A stretch of DNA of 64,000 bases, taken from the NCBI GenBank assembly GCA_963806225.1, contig CAWDXG010000004.1, positions 3,392,001-3,456,000 of the forward strand. Direction: 5' to 3'. The position numbers and the translations under genes were made by a program. This document shows, piece after piece, positions 18,253 through 30,134 of the stretch (the stretch's first letter is position 1; every line of letters begins with the position of its first letter). The notes below the pieces were generated by a model. It was given only the letters and a program-made list of their open reading frames with translations, made no database searches and was not told where the DNA came from. The DNA is from an uncultured delta proteobacterium (GTDB lineage: Bacteria > Myxococcota_A > Polyangia > Polyangiales > Polyangiaceae).

Positions 18253-21200
18253 GTGAGGAAACGGGCGCTCCTGACCGCTTTCGTGGCGGCGCTCGCGGCG
18301 AGCATGGCGGCGCCCGAGCATGCCAGCGCCCAGTTCAATCCGTTCGGGCGCAAGAAGCCGCACCCCGGCCAGCACCCGGGCACGCATCGTCCGGTGCACC
18401 ACCCGGCGAAGCCGAAGCCGGAACACAAGGGGCCGGGCACCGACGCGCTGATCGCCCGCTACGCGGGCATCGTGCTGTCGCAGCCCGGCGCGCAGTTCCC
18501 GCTGCAGCGGCTGGCCGAGCTGTACCGCCAGCGCGACGGCAATCTCGACAAGCTGGTCGCCGAGTTCGAGGGGCGCGCGAAGAAGAGCGGCAAGGGGCAG
18601 TGGAACGCGAAGGTCGCCCTGGCCGGCATCTACAAGCAGGACGGCCGCCCCCAGCAGGCCATCGCCACGTACAAGGAGGCGATCGCCCAGCGCCCGAAGG
18701 ACCCGGTGGCGATCATGGCGCTCGCCCACCTGCTTCAGGATCAGGGCGACAAGAAGGCGGCGCGCCAGCGCTACGAGCAGGCCCTGCCCTATCTCAAGGC
18801 CTCCGCCGACAAGGAGCAGACGCTGCGCACCCTGATGCAGCTGTCGCTCGACCTGAAGGACTTCGACGCCGCGAAGAAGTTCCACCGGAAGCTGGTGGCG
18901 AGGGCCAAGGGCTCGTTCTACGTGCGCGCCGAGCTGGGGCGCGAGCTGCTGCAACGCGGGGACTACCAGCGCGCGGTGGACGAGTACCAGACCGTGGTCA
19001 AGGCCGCGACGGGGGACAACCGCGTGATGGCACCGGCGCTGCGCGACTACGGCCGCGCGCTGGCCAAGCTCGGCAAGTCGAAGAAAGCGCTCGAGGTGCT
19101 GCACCGGGCATTGAGGCTCGCGGGCGGGCAGACGGGCGTGCGCCGCGCAGATCTACAGCATCATCGTCGATGTCTACCGCCACGACGACAAGCTCGCGAC
19201 GTTCATCGCGGAGCTGGAGAAGCAGCACCCGAACGACTTCGAGCGGCTGCGCCTGCTCGGCAACCTGTACGAGGAAACCGGCCAGGTCGACAAGGCGCTC
19301 GCCGCCTACAAGAAGGCGCTGAAGCGGAACGCGAAGGACATCGGCACGCGCATCAAGGTGGTGCAGCTGCTTCAGATCCAGGGCGAGCTCGACGAGGCCA
19401 TCAAGGAGTACGAGGCGCTGATCCGCGCGGCGCCGCACAACCCGGACTTCGTGTTCCAGCTGGCCGAGGCGCTGATCCAGCGCGGCGACCGCGACAAGGC
19501 GCTGGCGCAGCTCCGGAAGCTCGAAGCGCGCTCGAGGACACGACGAGGAGACGCTGGCCGCGCTGGCCGACTTCTACGAGCGGGTGGAAGAGAAGGACCG
19601 CGCGCTGCGACGTGCTCAAGCGGCTGGCCAAGATGGGCTCCGACCCGCGTCACCTGGTCGAGCTCGGCGACCGCTACTGGGACGAGGGCAACAAGAAGAA
19701 GGCGCTGGCGACCTGGAAGCGCATCAAGGTGATGGTGCCCGATCGCGCGCGCGCCCTGGACACGCTCGGCGAGGTGTACCTCGAGCACGACATGTCCAAG
19801 GAGGCGCTGGAAGCGCTCAAGCAGGCGATGAAGCTTGCGCCGAAGAACGTCAAGTACAAGAAGGCCTACGCGCTGGCGCTGGAGCGCACCGGCGCGAGCG
19901 CCTCCGGACGCGACGGCCGGCTCCGCCAGTACGACGCAGGCGCGCCGCATCTGGGAGGAGCTCCTGAAGGACGCCGGGCAGAACGAGTACCTGGCGCGGG
20001 AGGCGCGGCAGCACATCGTCACGCTGTGGAGCCTGGGCGGCACGCTCGGGCAGCGCGTGGCGCCGCTCGAGCGGCGGCTGAAGCAGCAAGCCGCCGGACC
20101 TGGACGCCGGACGGCTGCTCGCCGAGGCAGCAGGTCCGGCTGCACCGCTACGCGGACGCCGAGCGCACGCTCGAGCTGCATCGTCAAGCACGCGCCGGGC
20201 GACGCATCCAGCCTGGCGCGGCTCGAGCGCGTGCTGGTGCTGCAGCGCAAGCTGCGGCGAGGCGATCGGCGTGCTGCACAAGCTGGTGAAGGTCGAGCCG
20301 AAGCGCGCGCGCGAGTACTACCAGCGCATGGCGCAGTACGCCGCCGAGCTCTACAAGGACGACGACGCGATCAAGTACGCGGCGCACGCCGTCGAGCTCA
20401 GCCCCGACGACGCCGACGGGCATCGCAAGCTCGGCGAGATGTACCGCCGCCACGGCGACAACAAGAAGGCCATCGACGAGTTCCGCCAGGCGATCGCCAA
20501 GAACGACCGGCTGTTTCCGGTCTACTTCCAGCTGGCGGAGCTGCTCTTGAGTGAAGGCAAGGTCGACGAGGCGGACAAGCTGCTGCGCCGCGTGGTCCGC
20601 GCGTCGCCCGACGAGGAGCTGGTGGCGCAGGCGGCGCGCCTGAGCATGCAGATCAACCTGGGCAAGGGCACGCTCGAGTCGCTCGAGAAAGAGCTCCTGC
20701 CGGTCGCGCTGGGCAACCCGCAGAAGCCCATCTACCGGCGGCTGCTCGTCGAGATCTACGGCGCGATGGCTTTCCCGCTGGTCCACCAGAGCCAAGAGCC
20801 CGGACCCGGCCGAGGCGACAAGGCGCGCGCGCGGCGCTCGCGAAGATCGGCGAGCGCGCCGTCAAGCCGCTGCTCGACGCGCTGGGCGACGAGCGCGACA
20901 CCCAGCAGCGCATCGCCATCGAGCTGCTCGCGCACATCGAGAACAAGAGCGCCGGCCCGGCGCTGTTCGCCTATGCCACCGGCGCCGCCGATTCCGGAGC
21001 TGCGCGTGCGCGCGATGGTCGCCGTGGGCGCGCTCAGGGATCCGGCGCTGCTGCCGAAGCTCGGCGAGCTTCTGGCGCCGCACGGGGAGGTAGGTTCGGA
21101 CGAGTCCGATCCGATCGCGGTCGCTGCGGCATGGGGCGTGGCGCGCATGGGCTCGCCCAAGGCCGGGCCGCTGCTCGAGAAGCTGCTCGACAGCGAGGCG

Positions 21201-22337
21201 CCGAGCATCCGCGCGCTGGCCGCGCTGGGGCTCGGGCTGGGCGGCGACAAGACGGGCTGCCGCCAGGCTGGCCAAGGTTGTCGGTTCGCTGGAAGCCGGA
21301 CCCCTGCCGCGCGCCGCGGCAGCCTTCGCTCTGGGGCAGCTCGGCGATCATTCCCGCGTGGAAGTCGCTGGCCCAGCTGGCCGAAGCGAGGACCCGACGG
21401 TGCGCGCCGCGGCCATCGTCGCGCTGGCCCGCCTCGACGCGGCCAGGCCGCACCGCGCGCCATCGCCGAAGCGCTGGTGAGCCCGGATGCGGGGCTGCAG
21501 CACGCCGGAACCGCCGCGGCGCTGGTGCTCGCGACGGGCAAGTACCACGCGCCGCACGAGCCGCTGGAGGTCCCCGAGGGACGGGTCGACGTGCGGGCGC
21601 AGATCGACGCGCTGCGCCCCGGCGGCTATTCGCCGGACGACCACGCGCGCGCCCTGATCAAGCTCGCGCCTGCGCTGGAGACCGCCAGCGTCGCCGCCGT
21701 GCAGAGCTCGCCGGAGCGGGCGCGCTCCGTGGCCGACGCGCTGCTGGATCGCGGCGGCAAGCCCGCGTTCGGGCCGCTCACGCGCAAGCTCGACAAGGCA
21801 AGCCCGGCACTGCAGAAGGAGGCAGGGCGTGCCGCGAGCAGCATCGCAGCCGCGGTCGTGGCGCCGTTCGTGGCGCTCTCGCGCCATCCTTCGCCGGACG
21901 TGCGGGCCCGGTCCGTGCAGTTCCTCGCGACGCGGCCCGAGCCGGCCGCCCAGAAAGCGGTCGTCGAGGCGCTCGGCGATCCGGACGAGCACGTGGAGCG
22001 CGCGGCGCTGGCGGCGGCCGGGCGCGCCCGCACCCCGGGCGCAGTCGGTGCCGTCACCGGCCTGCTCACGGGCAGGAGCGACTGGCCGGTCCGGGTTCGC
22101 GCCGCCGAGGCCCTCGGAATGCTGGCGGCGGGCTCGCGCAACAAAAAGGCCGTCGAAGCGCTGAGCCGCGCGGCCAGGAGCGACGACTACGCCCTGGTGC
22201 GCGAGGCCGCCGTGCGCGCATTGGCCCGGGTCGACCCGGCGGCGGCGCGGCCCGTGCTCTCCGCAGTGGCGCAGAAAGACGCCGAGCCGCGTGTGCAGCG
22301 GACAGCCCGGAAGCTGCTCGACAACTTGAAGCACTGA
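18253..22337 (+). CDS. Large secreted TPR + HEAT-repeat protein (many frameshifts)
   Basis: Signal peptide ending ASAQ. Continuous TPR motifs switch frames, followed by VRVRAAEALG-type HEAT repeats. Confidence 0.8.
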
Positions 22338-22361
22338 AGCTGCGCTATGCTCTGGAGCGCC

Positions 22362-22899
22362 ATGCGAAGCCGCAGCCGGATCGGCAGGCAGCTCCCGGTG
22401 CTGCTCTTGTCTGCCCTTGTGCTGGGTGGCTGCCATGACCTCGATCGCTTCGACACGACGAGCGGTGACGCCTACTGCGGCAGCATCGTGACCGCACCGT
22501 TCATCCGCGACGCCAGCTACCCGCCCAACATGCGGATGCAGCTGCACCTCGACACCAGCTCGCTCACCACCGCGCCGGGCGATCTCGACGACCGACGATG
22601 CCTTGTGCAGCTCGGGCCCCCTGTTCAAGAGCGCCCAGATGCGCGCGCTCGACGAGGTCCAGAGCGACCCCATCAGCCAGATGCAATTCGGCGAGGGCCG
22701 CGAGCACAACTTCTTCGCGTGGGTCGACACCACCTGCCAGGGCACCGTGCTGGCGGTGGTGTCGCTGATGAAGAACGACGACGTGGAGGTGCGCCTGCTC
22801 AAGCCGGAGCCCGCCCCGCCTGCCGGCGAGAAGCCGCACTCGGGCTTTGCCGTCTTCCTGCTCAAGCGCCACAAGGGCGACTGCGGGTATTCGGACTGA
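22362..22899 (+). CDS. Hypothetical lipoprotein (frameshifted near 22590)
   Basis: Lipobox VLGGC; continues in ORF 22603..22899. Confidence 0.65.
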
Positions 22900-22989
22900 A
22901 TGCACGCCGGCCGGGATGGCCGGAGCCCTGCTTCTACTCGCGCTCCTGGAGCGCCGCGCACGGCGCTAGTCCGTGCTATGCCGCCCGGC

Positions 22990-24060
22990 ATGCGCGTGCT
23001 GGGCATCGAAACCTCGTGCGACGAGACCGCGGCGGCGGTCGTCGCCGACGACGGCCGCGTGCTGTCGGACGTGGTGCACAGCCAGGTGAAGCTGCACGCG
23101 CCCTACGGCGGCGTGGTGCCGGAGCTCGCTTCCCGCGATCATCTGCGCAATGCGCGTCCGGTGATCGAGGCGGCACTCGAGCGCGCCGGGCTCGGCGCGG
23201 GCGACCTCGACGGCATCGCCGTAACGTGCCGGCCGGGGCTGTCCGGCGCACTGCTGGTCGGCGTGCAGGCCGCGCAGGGGCTGGCCTGGGCGGCGGACAA
23301 GCCCATCGTCGGCGTCGATCACCTCGTCGGGCACCTCCTGGCGGTGTTTCTGCAGCATCCCGGCGTGGAGTCGCCGCCGCCGCCCAGTTTCCCGTTCATC
23401 GCGCTCCTGGCCTCGGGCGGGCACACCGCGCTGTACCGTGTGGAAGGGCTCGACCTGTCCGAGGTACGCGAGCTCGGCGCAACCCGCGACGACGCCGCGG
23501 GCGAAGCCTTCGACAAGGTGGCGAAACTGCTCGGCCTCGGCTACCCCGGCGGACCGGTCATCGACAGGCTCGCGCGCGAGGGAAACCCGGAGGCGATCGA
23601 GCTTTCGCGTCCGATGAAGCGGCGCGACAGCCTGGAGTTCAGCTTCTCCGGCCTGAAGACGAACGTGATGCGCTGGGTCAACCAGCACGGGCGGCCCGGC
23701 GACGACCAGACGCTGCGCGATCTGTGCGCGGCGTTCCAGCGCCGCGTGGTCGACACCCTGGTCCAGAAGGCCGTGCGCGCGGCGCGCCGCGAAGAGGTCG
23801 GAGAGATCGTGCTGGCCGGCGGCGTGGCGGCGAATCGCGAGCTGCGCGAGCGCTCCGCCGAGGCCGCCGCCGTGCACGGGATCCGCGTCGTGGTGCCGCC
23901 TTTCAAGAGCTGCACCGACAACGCCGCGATGATCGCCTACGCAGGCCTGTCGCGCCTCGCGCGCGGCGAGAACGACTCCGGCCGCATCGAAACCACGCCG
24001 CACACCGCCCTGCTCCGCGTCACGCGCAAGGGCCCTGGTCGCCGCAGGCCCTCGAGCTAG
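22990..24060 (+). CDS. tsaD: tRNA threonylcarbamoyltransferase TsaD
   Basis: VLGIETSCDET, GGVVPELASRDH, HLVGH, TRDDAAGEAFDK, FSFSGLKT, CTDNAAMI. Confidence 0.97.
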   Translation: MRVLGIETSCDETAAAVVADDGRVLSDVVHSQVKLHAPYGGVVPELASRDHLRNARPVIEAALERAGLGAGDLDGIAVTCRPGLSGALLVGVQAAQGLAWAADKPIVGVDHLVGHLLAVFLQHPGVESPPPPSFPFIALLASGGHTALYRVEGLDLSEVRELGATRDDAAGEAFDKVAKLLGLGYPGGPVIDRLAREGNPEAIELSRPMKRRDSLEFSFSGLKTNVMRWVNQHGRPGDDQTLRDLCAAFQRRVVDTLVQKAVRAARREEVGEIVLAGGVAANRELRERSAEAAAVHGIRVVVPPFKSCTDNAAMIAYAGLSRLARGENDSGRIETTPHTALLRVTRKGPGRRRPSS

Positions 24061-24788
24061 TCCGCCCCGCCGTCGCGCACGGGCCGGAGCGGACCGATGG
24101 TGCGCGCCAGCTGCACCGCCTTCACCAAGCGCCCGGAATCGTCCGCGGTGATGCCCATCTGGAAGTCGACGAGACCGCCGTTCCTGCCGACCACCACCAC
24201 CAGCGGTACCAGGCTGAACGGGTCGTAGGACAGGGCGAAAGCCGGATACTTCGTGGCCCGCACCACCGGAAGATGCGAGAGCCCATGGCGGCGCAGATAT
24301 CCCGGGACCTGATGGGATGTTTCCAGCTCGTCCGCCGAGACCAGGATCACCGTCAGCGGCCCCAGCTTGTCGAGGGCCTTCTTGACGAAGGGCAGCTTCT
24401 TCTCGCAGACCGGACACCAGCTCGCGAAGAAGACGACCAGGAACGCGCGGTCACCGACCAGCGCGTCCGAGTCGAAGCTCCGGCCGTCGGTGGAGCGGAC
24501 GTGGAAGGCCGGCACCGGCCCGTTGTCCATGCCGACGAAACGCAACCCGCGAAGCTTCTCCAGATCGATCTGTCCCGAGCCGGCGGCGGACGAATCGGAT
24601 GACTCGAAGTACAGCTTCGCGGGCGGCGGCGCAGGGCGGGGGCTCGCGGAACCTGCGCTGGCGCGAACGCTTGGGGCCGCGGTGGGAGGGGACGCGCGCG
24701 GATCGGGCCCGGCTGTCTCGCGCGCTGTTCCGCACGACGCCACCGGGAGCAGCGCGAGGGCCAGCGACAGAGCGCGCCGTGGCGTCAC
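24057..24788 (-). CDS. TlpA/redoxin-family lipoprotein
   Basis: Lipobox VASC; FFASWCPVC. Confidence 0.85.
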   Translation of the reverse strand: MTPRRALSLALALLPVASCGTARETAGPDPRASPPTAAPSVRASAGSASPRPAPPPAKLYFESSDSSAAGSGQIDLEKLRGLRFVGMDNGPVPAFHVRSTDGRSFDSDALVGDRAFLVVFFASWCPVCEKKLPFVKKALDKLGPLTVILVSADELETSHQVPGYLRRHGLSHLPVVRATKYPAFALSYDPFSLVPLVVVVGRNGGLVDFQMGITADDSGRLVKAVQLARTIGPLRPVRDGGAD

Positions 24789-24865
24789 CTATCTAGGATA
24801 GTGCCACTTTCGTCGCGCGCACGTCCGGGCGCCGGACCACGGGGCCCGGGGCCCCCGCATCACTT

Positions 24866-26914
24866 CTAGTCGTGCTTCTTGTGGTTGTGGTGCTTGGCCG
24901 ACTTCTTCGAGTGATGTGTGGACGTAGCGTGCGCCGTCGACGACTTCTTCGACGAGTGATGGTGCTTGTGGTGGCTCGTCTTCGTCGAGGACGGCGCGCT
25001 CTTGTGCGGTGCGCTGATCAGGAACTCGACGAAGTCATGGCGCAGCCGGACGCGATAGCCGGGAACGCCGTCGCGGAACTTGAAGCTGATCTGGGCGCCG
25101 CCAGCGGTGTTCGAGGTGCTGACCCGGGCGATGCGCTTGTCGCGACGCGCGATACTGCGCCCGCTCTCCATCACCTTGCGACCGGGGATCACGACCGTGA
25201 ATCCGGTCGGATTGATCGCGCCCTGGATGGCCGAGCCCGCCGCGTCCAACCTGAGCCGGTGGATGGTCGGCTTGTGCACATGGCCGTGCCCCCACGGTCC
25301 CACATCCTGCGGGCGGATCTGCTTTTTGACACGGGCTTTCTTCGCCGGCTTGTCGTTGAAGGTCTCGTCTGCCGCTGCGGGAGCCGCTTTGGCTGCAGCC
25401 AGTTCCCTGGCTCCCTCAGCGTCGAGGGATAAAGGGTTGGCACCCTCCTCCGGCGCCGAACCCAGGGGAGCTGGCTCCATCGTCGCCATCGGCTTGGGGC
25501 CGAACAGCGGGACGTCCGCGGTAACGCCCTTCTTCCCAGGCTCGGCGAGCTCCTTCTTGGTCGACAGGGGCTTGCCGGACGCTCGCTGCGCGACGACCGG
25601 GTTGCCCTGTTCGTCGACCTGCTTCACGTCCACGTTGGCCGGAACGGCGGGCGAAGCGGCGGCCTGTGCCTTGGCCCCGGGCGGCGGCGCCGACTTGTGG
25701 GTCGCGAGCGCGATCACCGTGGCGAGCAGAACCACGGCCGACGCCGCGATGGCGACCTTCTTCGCGCGGCTCTTCTTCGCCGGGGGTGGAACCGGCGCGG
25801 GCTGGGTGGCAGGCACCGCGTCGCGCGACGAGGACTGCGGACGCAGCCGCACCCCACGCGATGACAGCACCCCCGAGGGCGGCACCGCGGTCGTGCGGCG
25901 GGGCGCCGCTTCGTCCTGCCCGCTGCGCTTCTGCTTGAGCTCGACCACCTTGGCGCCGGCGCCCTTGAAGAGTCGGCCCAGGCCCTGGGCTGCGACCCCT
26001 CCAGCACGAGCCAGCGTCGCGCCAGTGGTGCGCGCCACCTCGCCAGCGGTTCCGGCAATCGAATCGAAGCGCTCGCGCAGCGCGCCGGCTTCGGCCGCAA
26101 CTTCGTCCTCGGGAGCGAGCTCGGCCTCGGCGAAGTCATCGTCGAAGGCGTCGCTCTCGGCACGGCCTTGCTCGATGCCGGCCGGCATGTGCGGGGGCGG
26201 CAGCGGCGAGCGATGCGTCGCGCTCATGCCGGTGTCGATGACGGACGGCTCCGGCGTCGACTCCGCGTCGTCGAAGCGCAGCGACACCACCAGCTGCGGT
26301 ACCTGGGTCGCTGGGTCCACCACCACGTCGACGCTGTCGATGTGCGCGCCGCGCTTGTCGCCTGCGTGCAGATCCTCGATCTCGAGGTGGCGGCCGACCT
26401 TCAGGAACTCGAGGTTCGAGCCCACCGAGACCTTGCGGCTGCCGCCGTCGCGGACCCGCGCTTTCATCGGCGAACCGAGCCCATCGATGTGGAGGCGCAC
26501 CCGCGCACCCGGTTCTGCAGCCGACGCTCCGGCGTCGGGCTCGTCCGGGGAGCCCTCGTCGTCGTGCGGGTCGGATCCGGCAGATCCGGTTCCGCACAGC
26601 TCGCGGAGCGCGTCGACGCTGCCGCTGTCGAGCGCGGTGAACTGGATGCCGAACTCGCCGCCCCGCGCCTCCTCCGTGCGCCAGGCCACCACACCTTCGA
26701 CCACGATCTCGCGCCCGCGATCCTCGAAGCGGCACACGAGCGGCGCGCCTTCCTCGGGCAGGTAGGCGGTCCGTACGTGCATGCCGCGGCCGCTCACGTC
26801 CAGCGACTCCGCCTCGAAGGCCGGAATCCCCGGGTCGTTTCCGCAGATCTCGACGAGCGTCTCTACCGGCACGCGACCGGCAGCCGGCGAGCGGCGTTCC
26901 TCGTTATCCATCAT
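24866..26914 (-). CDS. PilZ-domain membrane protein with a periplasmic domain and a His/Lys-rich tail
   Basis: SLDVSGRGM, GVVAW...GEFGIQF; single TM (VAIAASAVVLLATVIALA). Confidence 0.8.
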   Translation of the reverse strand: MMDNEERRSPAAGRVPVETLVEICGNDPGIPAFEAESLDVSGRGMHVRTAYLPEEGAPLVCRFEDRGREIVVEGVVAWRTEEARGGEFGIQFTALDSGSVDALRELCGTGSAGSDPHDDEGSPDEPDAGASAAEPGARVRLHIDGLGSPMKARVRDGGSRKVSVGSNLEFLKVGRHLEIEDLHAGDKRGAHIDSVDVVVDPATQVPQLVVSLRFDDAESTPEPSVIDTGMSATHRSPLPPPHMPAGIEQGRAESDAFDDDFAEAELAPEDEVAAEAGALRERFDSIAGTAGEVARTTGATLARAGGVAAQGLGRLFKGAGAKVVELKQKRSGQDEAAPRRTTAVPPSGVLSSRGVRLRPQSSSRDAVPATQPAPVPPPAKKSRAKKVAIAASAVVLLATVIALATHKSAPPPGAKAQAAASPAVPANVDVKQVDEQGNPVVAQRASGKPLSTKKELAEPGKKGVTADVPLFGPKPMATMEPAPLGSAPEEGANPLSLDAEGARELAAAKAAPAAADETFNDKPAKKARVKKQIRPQDVGPWGHGHVHKPTIHRLRLDAAGSAIQGAINPTGFTVVIPGRKVMESGRSIARRDKRIARVSTSNTAGGAQISFKFRDGVPGYRVRLRHDFVEFLISAPHKSAPSSTKTSHHKHHHSSKKSSTAHATSTHHSKKSAKHHNHKKHD

Positions 26915-27079
26915 GGTCTTGCCTCCGGGGGGCTCCGGACAAGCCGGGCCGCCTCGAACCGGGGTAGGTCGTGCGCGCTGATCGGGCCAAATTTCGGGAG
27001 CCGGTCGGCCCGCGCTCCGGCGCGCGAAGGCAGGCGGGAAGGTGGACAGGAGGCGGACCTGTCGCCATCATGCGCGCCG

Positions 27080-28078
27080 ATGGCGCTCACCGTCGTGGTG
27101 CGCTCCGGCGACCCGGCAGCGCCACCCTCCATCACCTTCGATGCACCCCGCATCGTCATCGGGCGGGGCGAGGGCTGCGAGGTCCGCCTTCCCGACCCGA
27201 GCGTGAGCCATCGCCACGCTTCGATCCGCCAGCGCGGCACCGAGTACATCGTGGTGGACGAGGGCAGCACCAACGGCACGTTCGTCGGCCCAGTGAAGCT
27301 CTCGCCCCAGGCGCCGCGCGTGCTCCGCTCCGGCGATCTGCTCCGCATCGGGCGCATCTGGCTGGAAGCCCGCATGGAGCACGTGCCGCCCACCCAGAAC
27401 CAGCCAGTCGCCACCCGCGAGATGGCGCTGGCGCTGGTCAGCAACGCCCTGGCCTCCGAGGGCGAGTCGGCGGCGGTGCGCGTGCGCATCATCGAAGGCC
27501 CCGACGCGGGGCGCGAGATGCTCGTGGCCGAGTTCGAACGCGGCCACGTCATCGGTCGCGGACAGAAGGTGGAGCTATCGGTCGACGACGAGGACGCATC
27601 GCGGCGGCACCTCGAAGTGATCCGCCGCGGCAAGCAGCTCCTGGTGCGCGACCTGGGCTCGAAAAACGGCTCGCGACTGGGCGAACAGGAGCTCGAGAGC
27701 AGCAAGGAACGGGCCTGGCCGCGCGGCGAGTCGCTGTTCGTGGGCAAGAACCGCTTCGTCTACGATGACCCGGTCGCCGACGCTCTGGAGGAGCTCGAGC
27801 GCGCGGCGGACGACCGCATGCGGGACGACGAATCGGTGGATCCTCCCGATGCGGAGTCCACGCCCGCCCCCGCCGAGCCGGACGAGTCGGACGCCGACGA
27901 AGCGCCGCCCGCCGGGAGCCGGCGCGAAGCACCTATCGCCGCCATCCCCGAACGGAAGAAGCCGGCCGGCAGGAGCCGGAGCGGGTGGAACACGACCGAT
28001 TTGCTGGTCGCGCTGCTCGCTCTCCTCGTACTGGGCCTGAGCGTGCTGGGCCTGTGGTGGCTCTTCCGCAGCCAGTAG
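27080..28078 (+). CDS. Tandem FHA-domain protein with a C-terminal TM anchor
   Basis: IGRG...VSHRHA...GSTNGT and IGRG...ASRRHL...GSKNGS. Confidence 0.9.
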   Translation: MALTVVVRSGDPAAPPSITFDAPRIVIGRGEGCEVRLPDPSVSHRHASIRQRGTEYIVVDEGSTNGTFVGPVKLSPQAPRVLRSGDLLRIGRIWLEARMEHVPPTQNQPVATREMALALVSNALASEGESAAVRVRIIEGPDAGREMLVAEFERGHVIGRGQKVELSVDDEDASRRHLEVIRRGKQLLVRDLGSKNGSRLGEQELESSKERAWPRGESLFVGKNRFVYDDPVADALEELERAADDRMRDDESVDPPDAESTPAPAEPDESDADEAPPAGSRREAPIAAIPERKKPAGRSRSGWNTTDLLVALLALLVLGLSVLGLWWLFRSQ

Positions 28079-28097
28079 CAGCGGAGGCTGGCAACCG

Positions 28098-30134
28098 TCA
28101 GTGCTTCTTCGGCCCCTCGTCGTAGCCGCGCGGGCGGTACTTCGGCGGCGACGCCGTGGTTCTTCTTGCCGTTGTACGCGACGTCGTTCACCAGGTAGGA
28201 AAGCCAGGATCCGGGGTGTTTTGCGGCTATCTCCTGCAGCTCGGCTTCGTGTTGCTTGAAGTCCTTCTCGTCCCAGAGGCACTGCAGCCCCAGCGCGATC
28301 AGGTTTGGATCGTTCGGCCGCCATCTCGAAGCCGCGGCGGTACTCGGGCCAGGCCTCGTCCGGACGGTGCAGCCGGCACAGCGTGTCGGCGTAGTAGATG
28401 TGCGCCATCGGCCAGCTCGGCGCCAGGTCGAGCGCGTGCTTGCTGATTCGCAGACGCTGGTCCAGATGTCCGCGCGCGCCCAGCATCACCGAGTAGTTCA
28501 GATGGGCCTTGGCGCTGTTCGGCACGGCCTCCCGCGTCGCGCGCCAGAACGTGAGGTCGTCCGTGTAGTCGAGTGCGTGCATGCGTGCTCGCACCGACTG
28601 GAAGCCGAAGAACGGCGACCGCCAGCGCCACGGCCACGGCGCCGCCTTTCCAGCGCACGCGGTGGTAGAGCCACGTGAGGCCACCGCGATCACCAGCGCG
28701 GTGCCCATCACCGGCAGGTACCAGAAGCGCTCGGCGCGCACCGTGGGCAACAGCACCGGGATGTTCGAATGCGGAAAGTACGCGACCGGCGCCCAGACCA
28801 ATCCGATCGCCAGCAGCATCGCGTTCGACGAGACTGGGCGAGTCGCGGTTCGCCAGGACGCCGCTCGCGGCGCGCCGCTCGCGGCGCTCGATGACCAGCG
28901 CGCGCACCCACATGCCCACGCCCGCCAGCGGCGGCGCGATCATGAAGAGCGGCTCCGACCACGCTCCCGGGGAACAGCAGTCGCGGCGGGATCGGCTCCT
29001 GGGGATACGAGTAGTCGCCGCTCAAATGCAGCGGGAAGAACACCTGCCCGAGCCCGCGCCAGTAGACCCGTAGCGCCCCGGCCACGCGATGTGGGAAATC
29101 CGCCTTGACCAGCGGGTTGTTGATCGGGATCTCGCGGGAGGCTCGGCTGCTGGAACCAGGCCATGAACGCGTGCATCGCCCGCTCCGCCAGCGGCGCGGA
29201 CGCCGGCAGCGGATGTTCCAGGGAGGCGGGCAACCTCACGGGGAAGAAGTGACGTCGGAAGTACGTGTAGGCGACCAGCCCGCCGGTCGTGGCCACGAGC
29301 GCGAACAGCGCGCGCAGCACGCGGCGCGGTCGTTCCGGATGGAGCGCCGGCGACGCGACCAGCGCGAACCAGGCGACGAGCGGCACCGCGACCAGCGCGC
29401 TCTCCTTGCACAGCATCCCGAAGAGCATCGCGGCGAAGACGGCGAACGGCATGGCGAACAGCGGCAGCTCGAGAGCGAGCACGCACAGGATCACGCCGAG
29501 CCCGCCGAGCACGTCCGCGATACCGACCACGCCGGTGATCGCTTCGGTCAGGACCGCGCTCATCAGGAAGGACGGCGCCGGCGAGCCACGAGATCCCGCG
29601 CCGCCGCGTGATCCTGAGCACGATGCCTGCGATGAGCGCAGCGTTGACGGCGTGGAAGACCACGTTCACCCAGTGGTGCAGCCACGGGGCCTGGCTGATG
29701 TGCCAGAGAGACGCGCCAGATCATGTCCGGGATCGGGCGGTACGAGCCGATGCTGCGCCCCGGCGGCAGACCCCAGAAGTCGCGCCGGAATGCATCGAGA
29801 AAGCGCAGCCCGTGACCGTTGACGTAGGGATTCGCCAGCAGCGCTTCCTGCTCGTCGAAGATGTAGTTGCTGGCCGGGCTGCGCACGAACAGGATGGCCG
29901 CGACGATCAGTGCCGGCGTGAACGCGATCCAGAAGGTCGGGTCCTGCTCGTGGAAGTAGCGCCGGAGCCACGCGCCGAAGGAGACCAGACGAGTCCCGAT
30001 CCGCTGGAGAAGCGGACGGCGCGACAGCGCGGGGGGGGCGTTCCGGCGGGCGCAGGCGGGCTCACGGCCTCCGGCGGGGCAGCGCCGGGCGCGTCGGGAG
30101 GAGGAGCCAGCTCGGGAGACGCCGGTTCGTTCAC
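28098..30134 (-). CDS. TMTC-like (GT-C + TPR) putative protein O-glycosyltransferase (many frameshifts)
   Basis: YIFDEQEALLANPY, DFWG, SYRP, NVVFHAVNA, LCKESA, PLHLSGDYS, AERFWYLP, PNSAKAHLNY TPR. Confidence 0.75.

Noticed and set aside
18253..22337. Programmed frameshifting or phase variation in the TPR/HEAT gene
   Set aside because: The indels are numerous, lack a common slippery motif and also affect neighbouring genes, so sequencing error is more likely.
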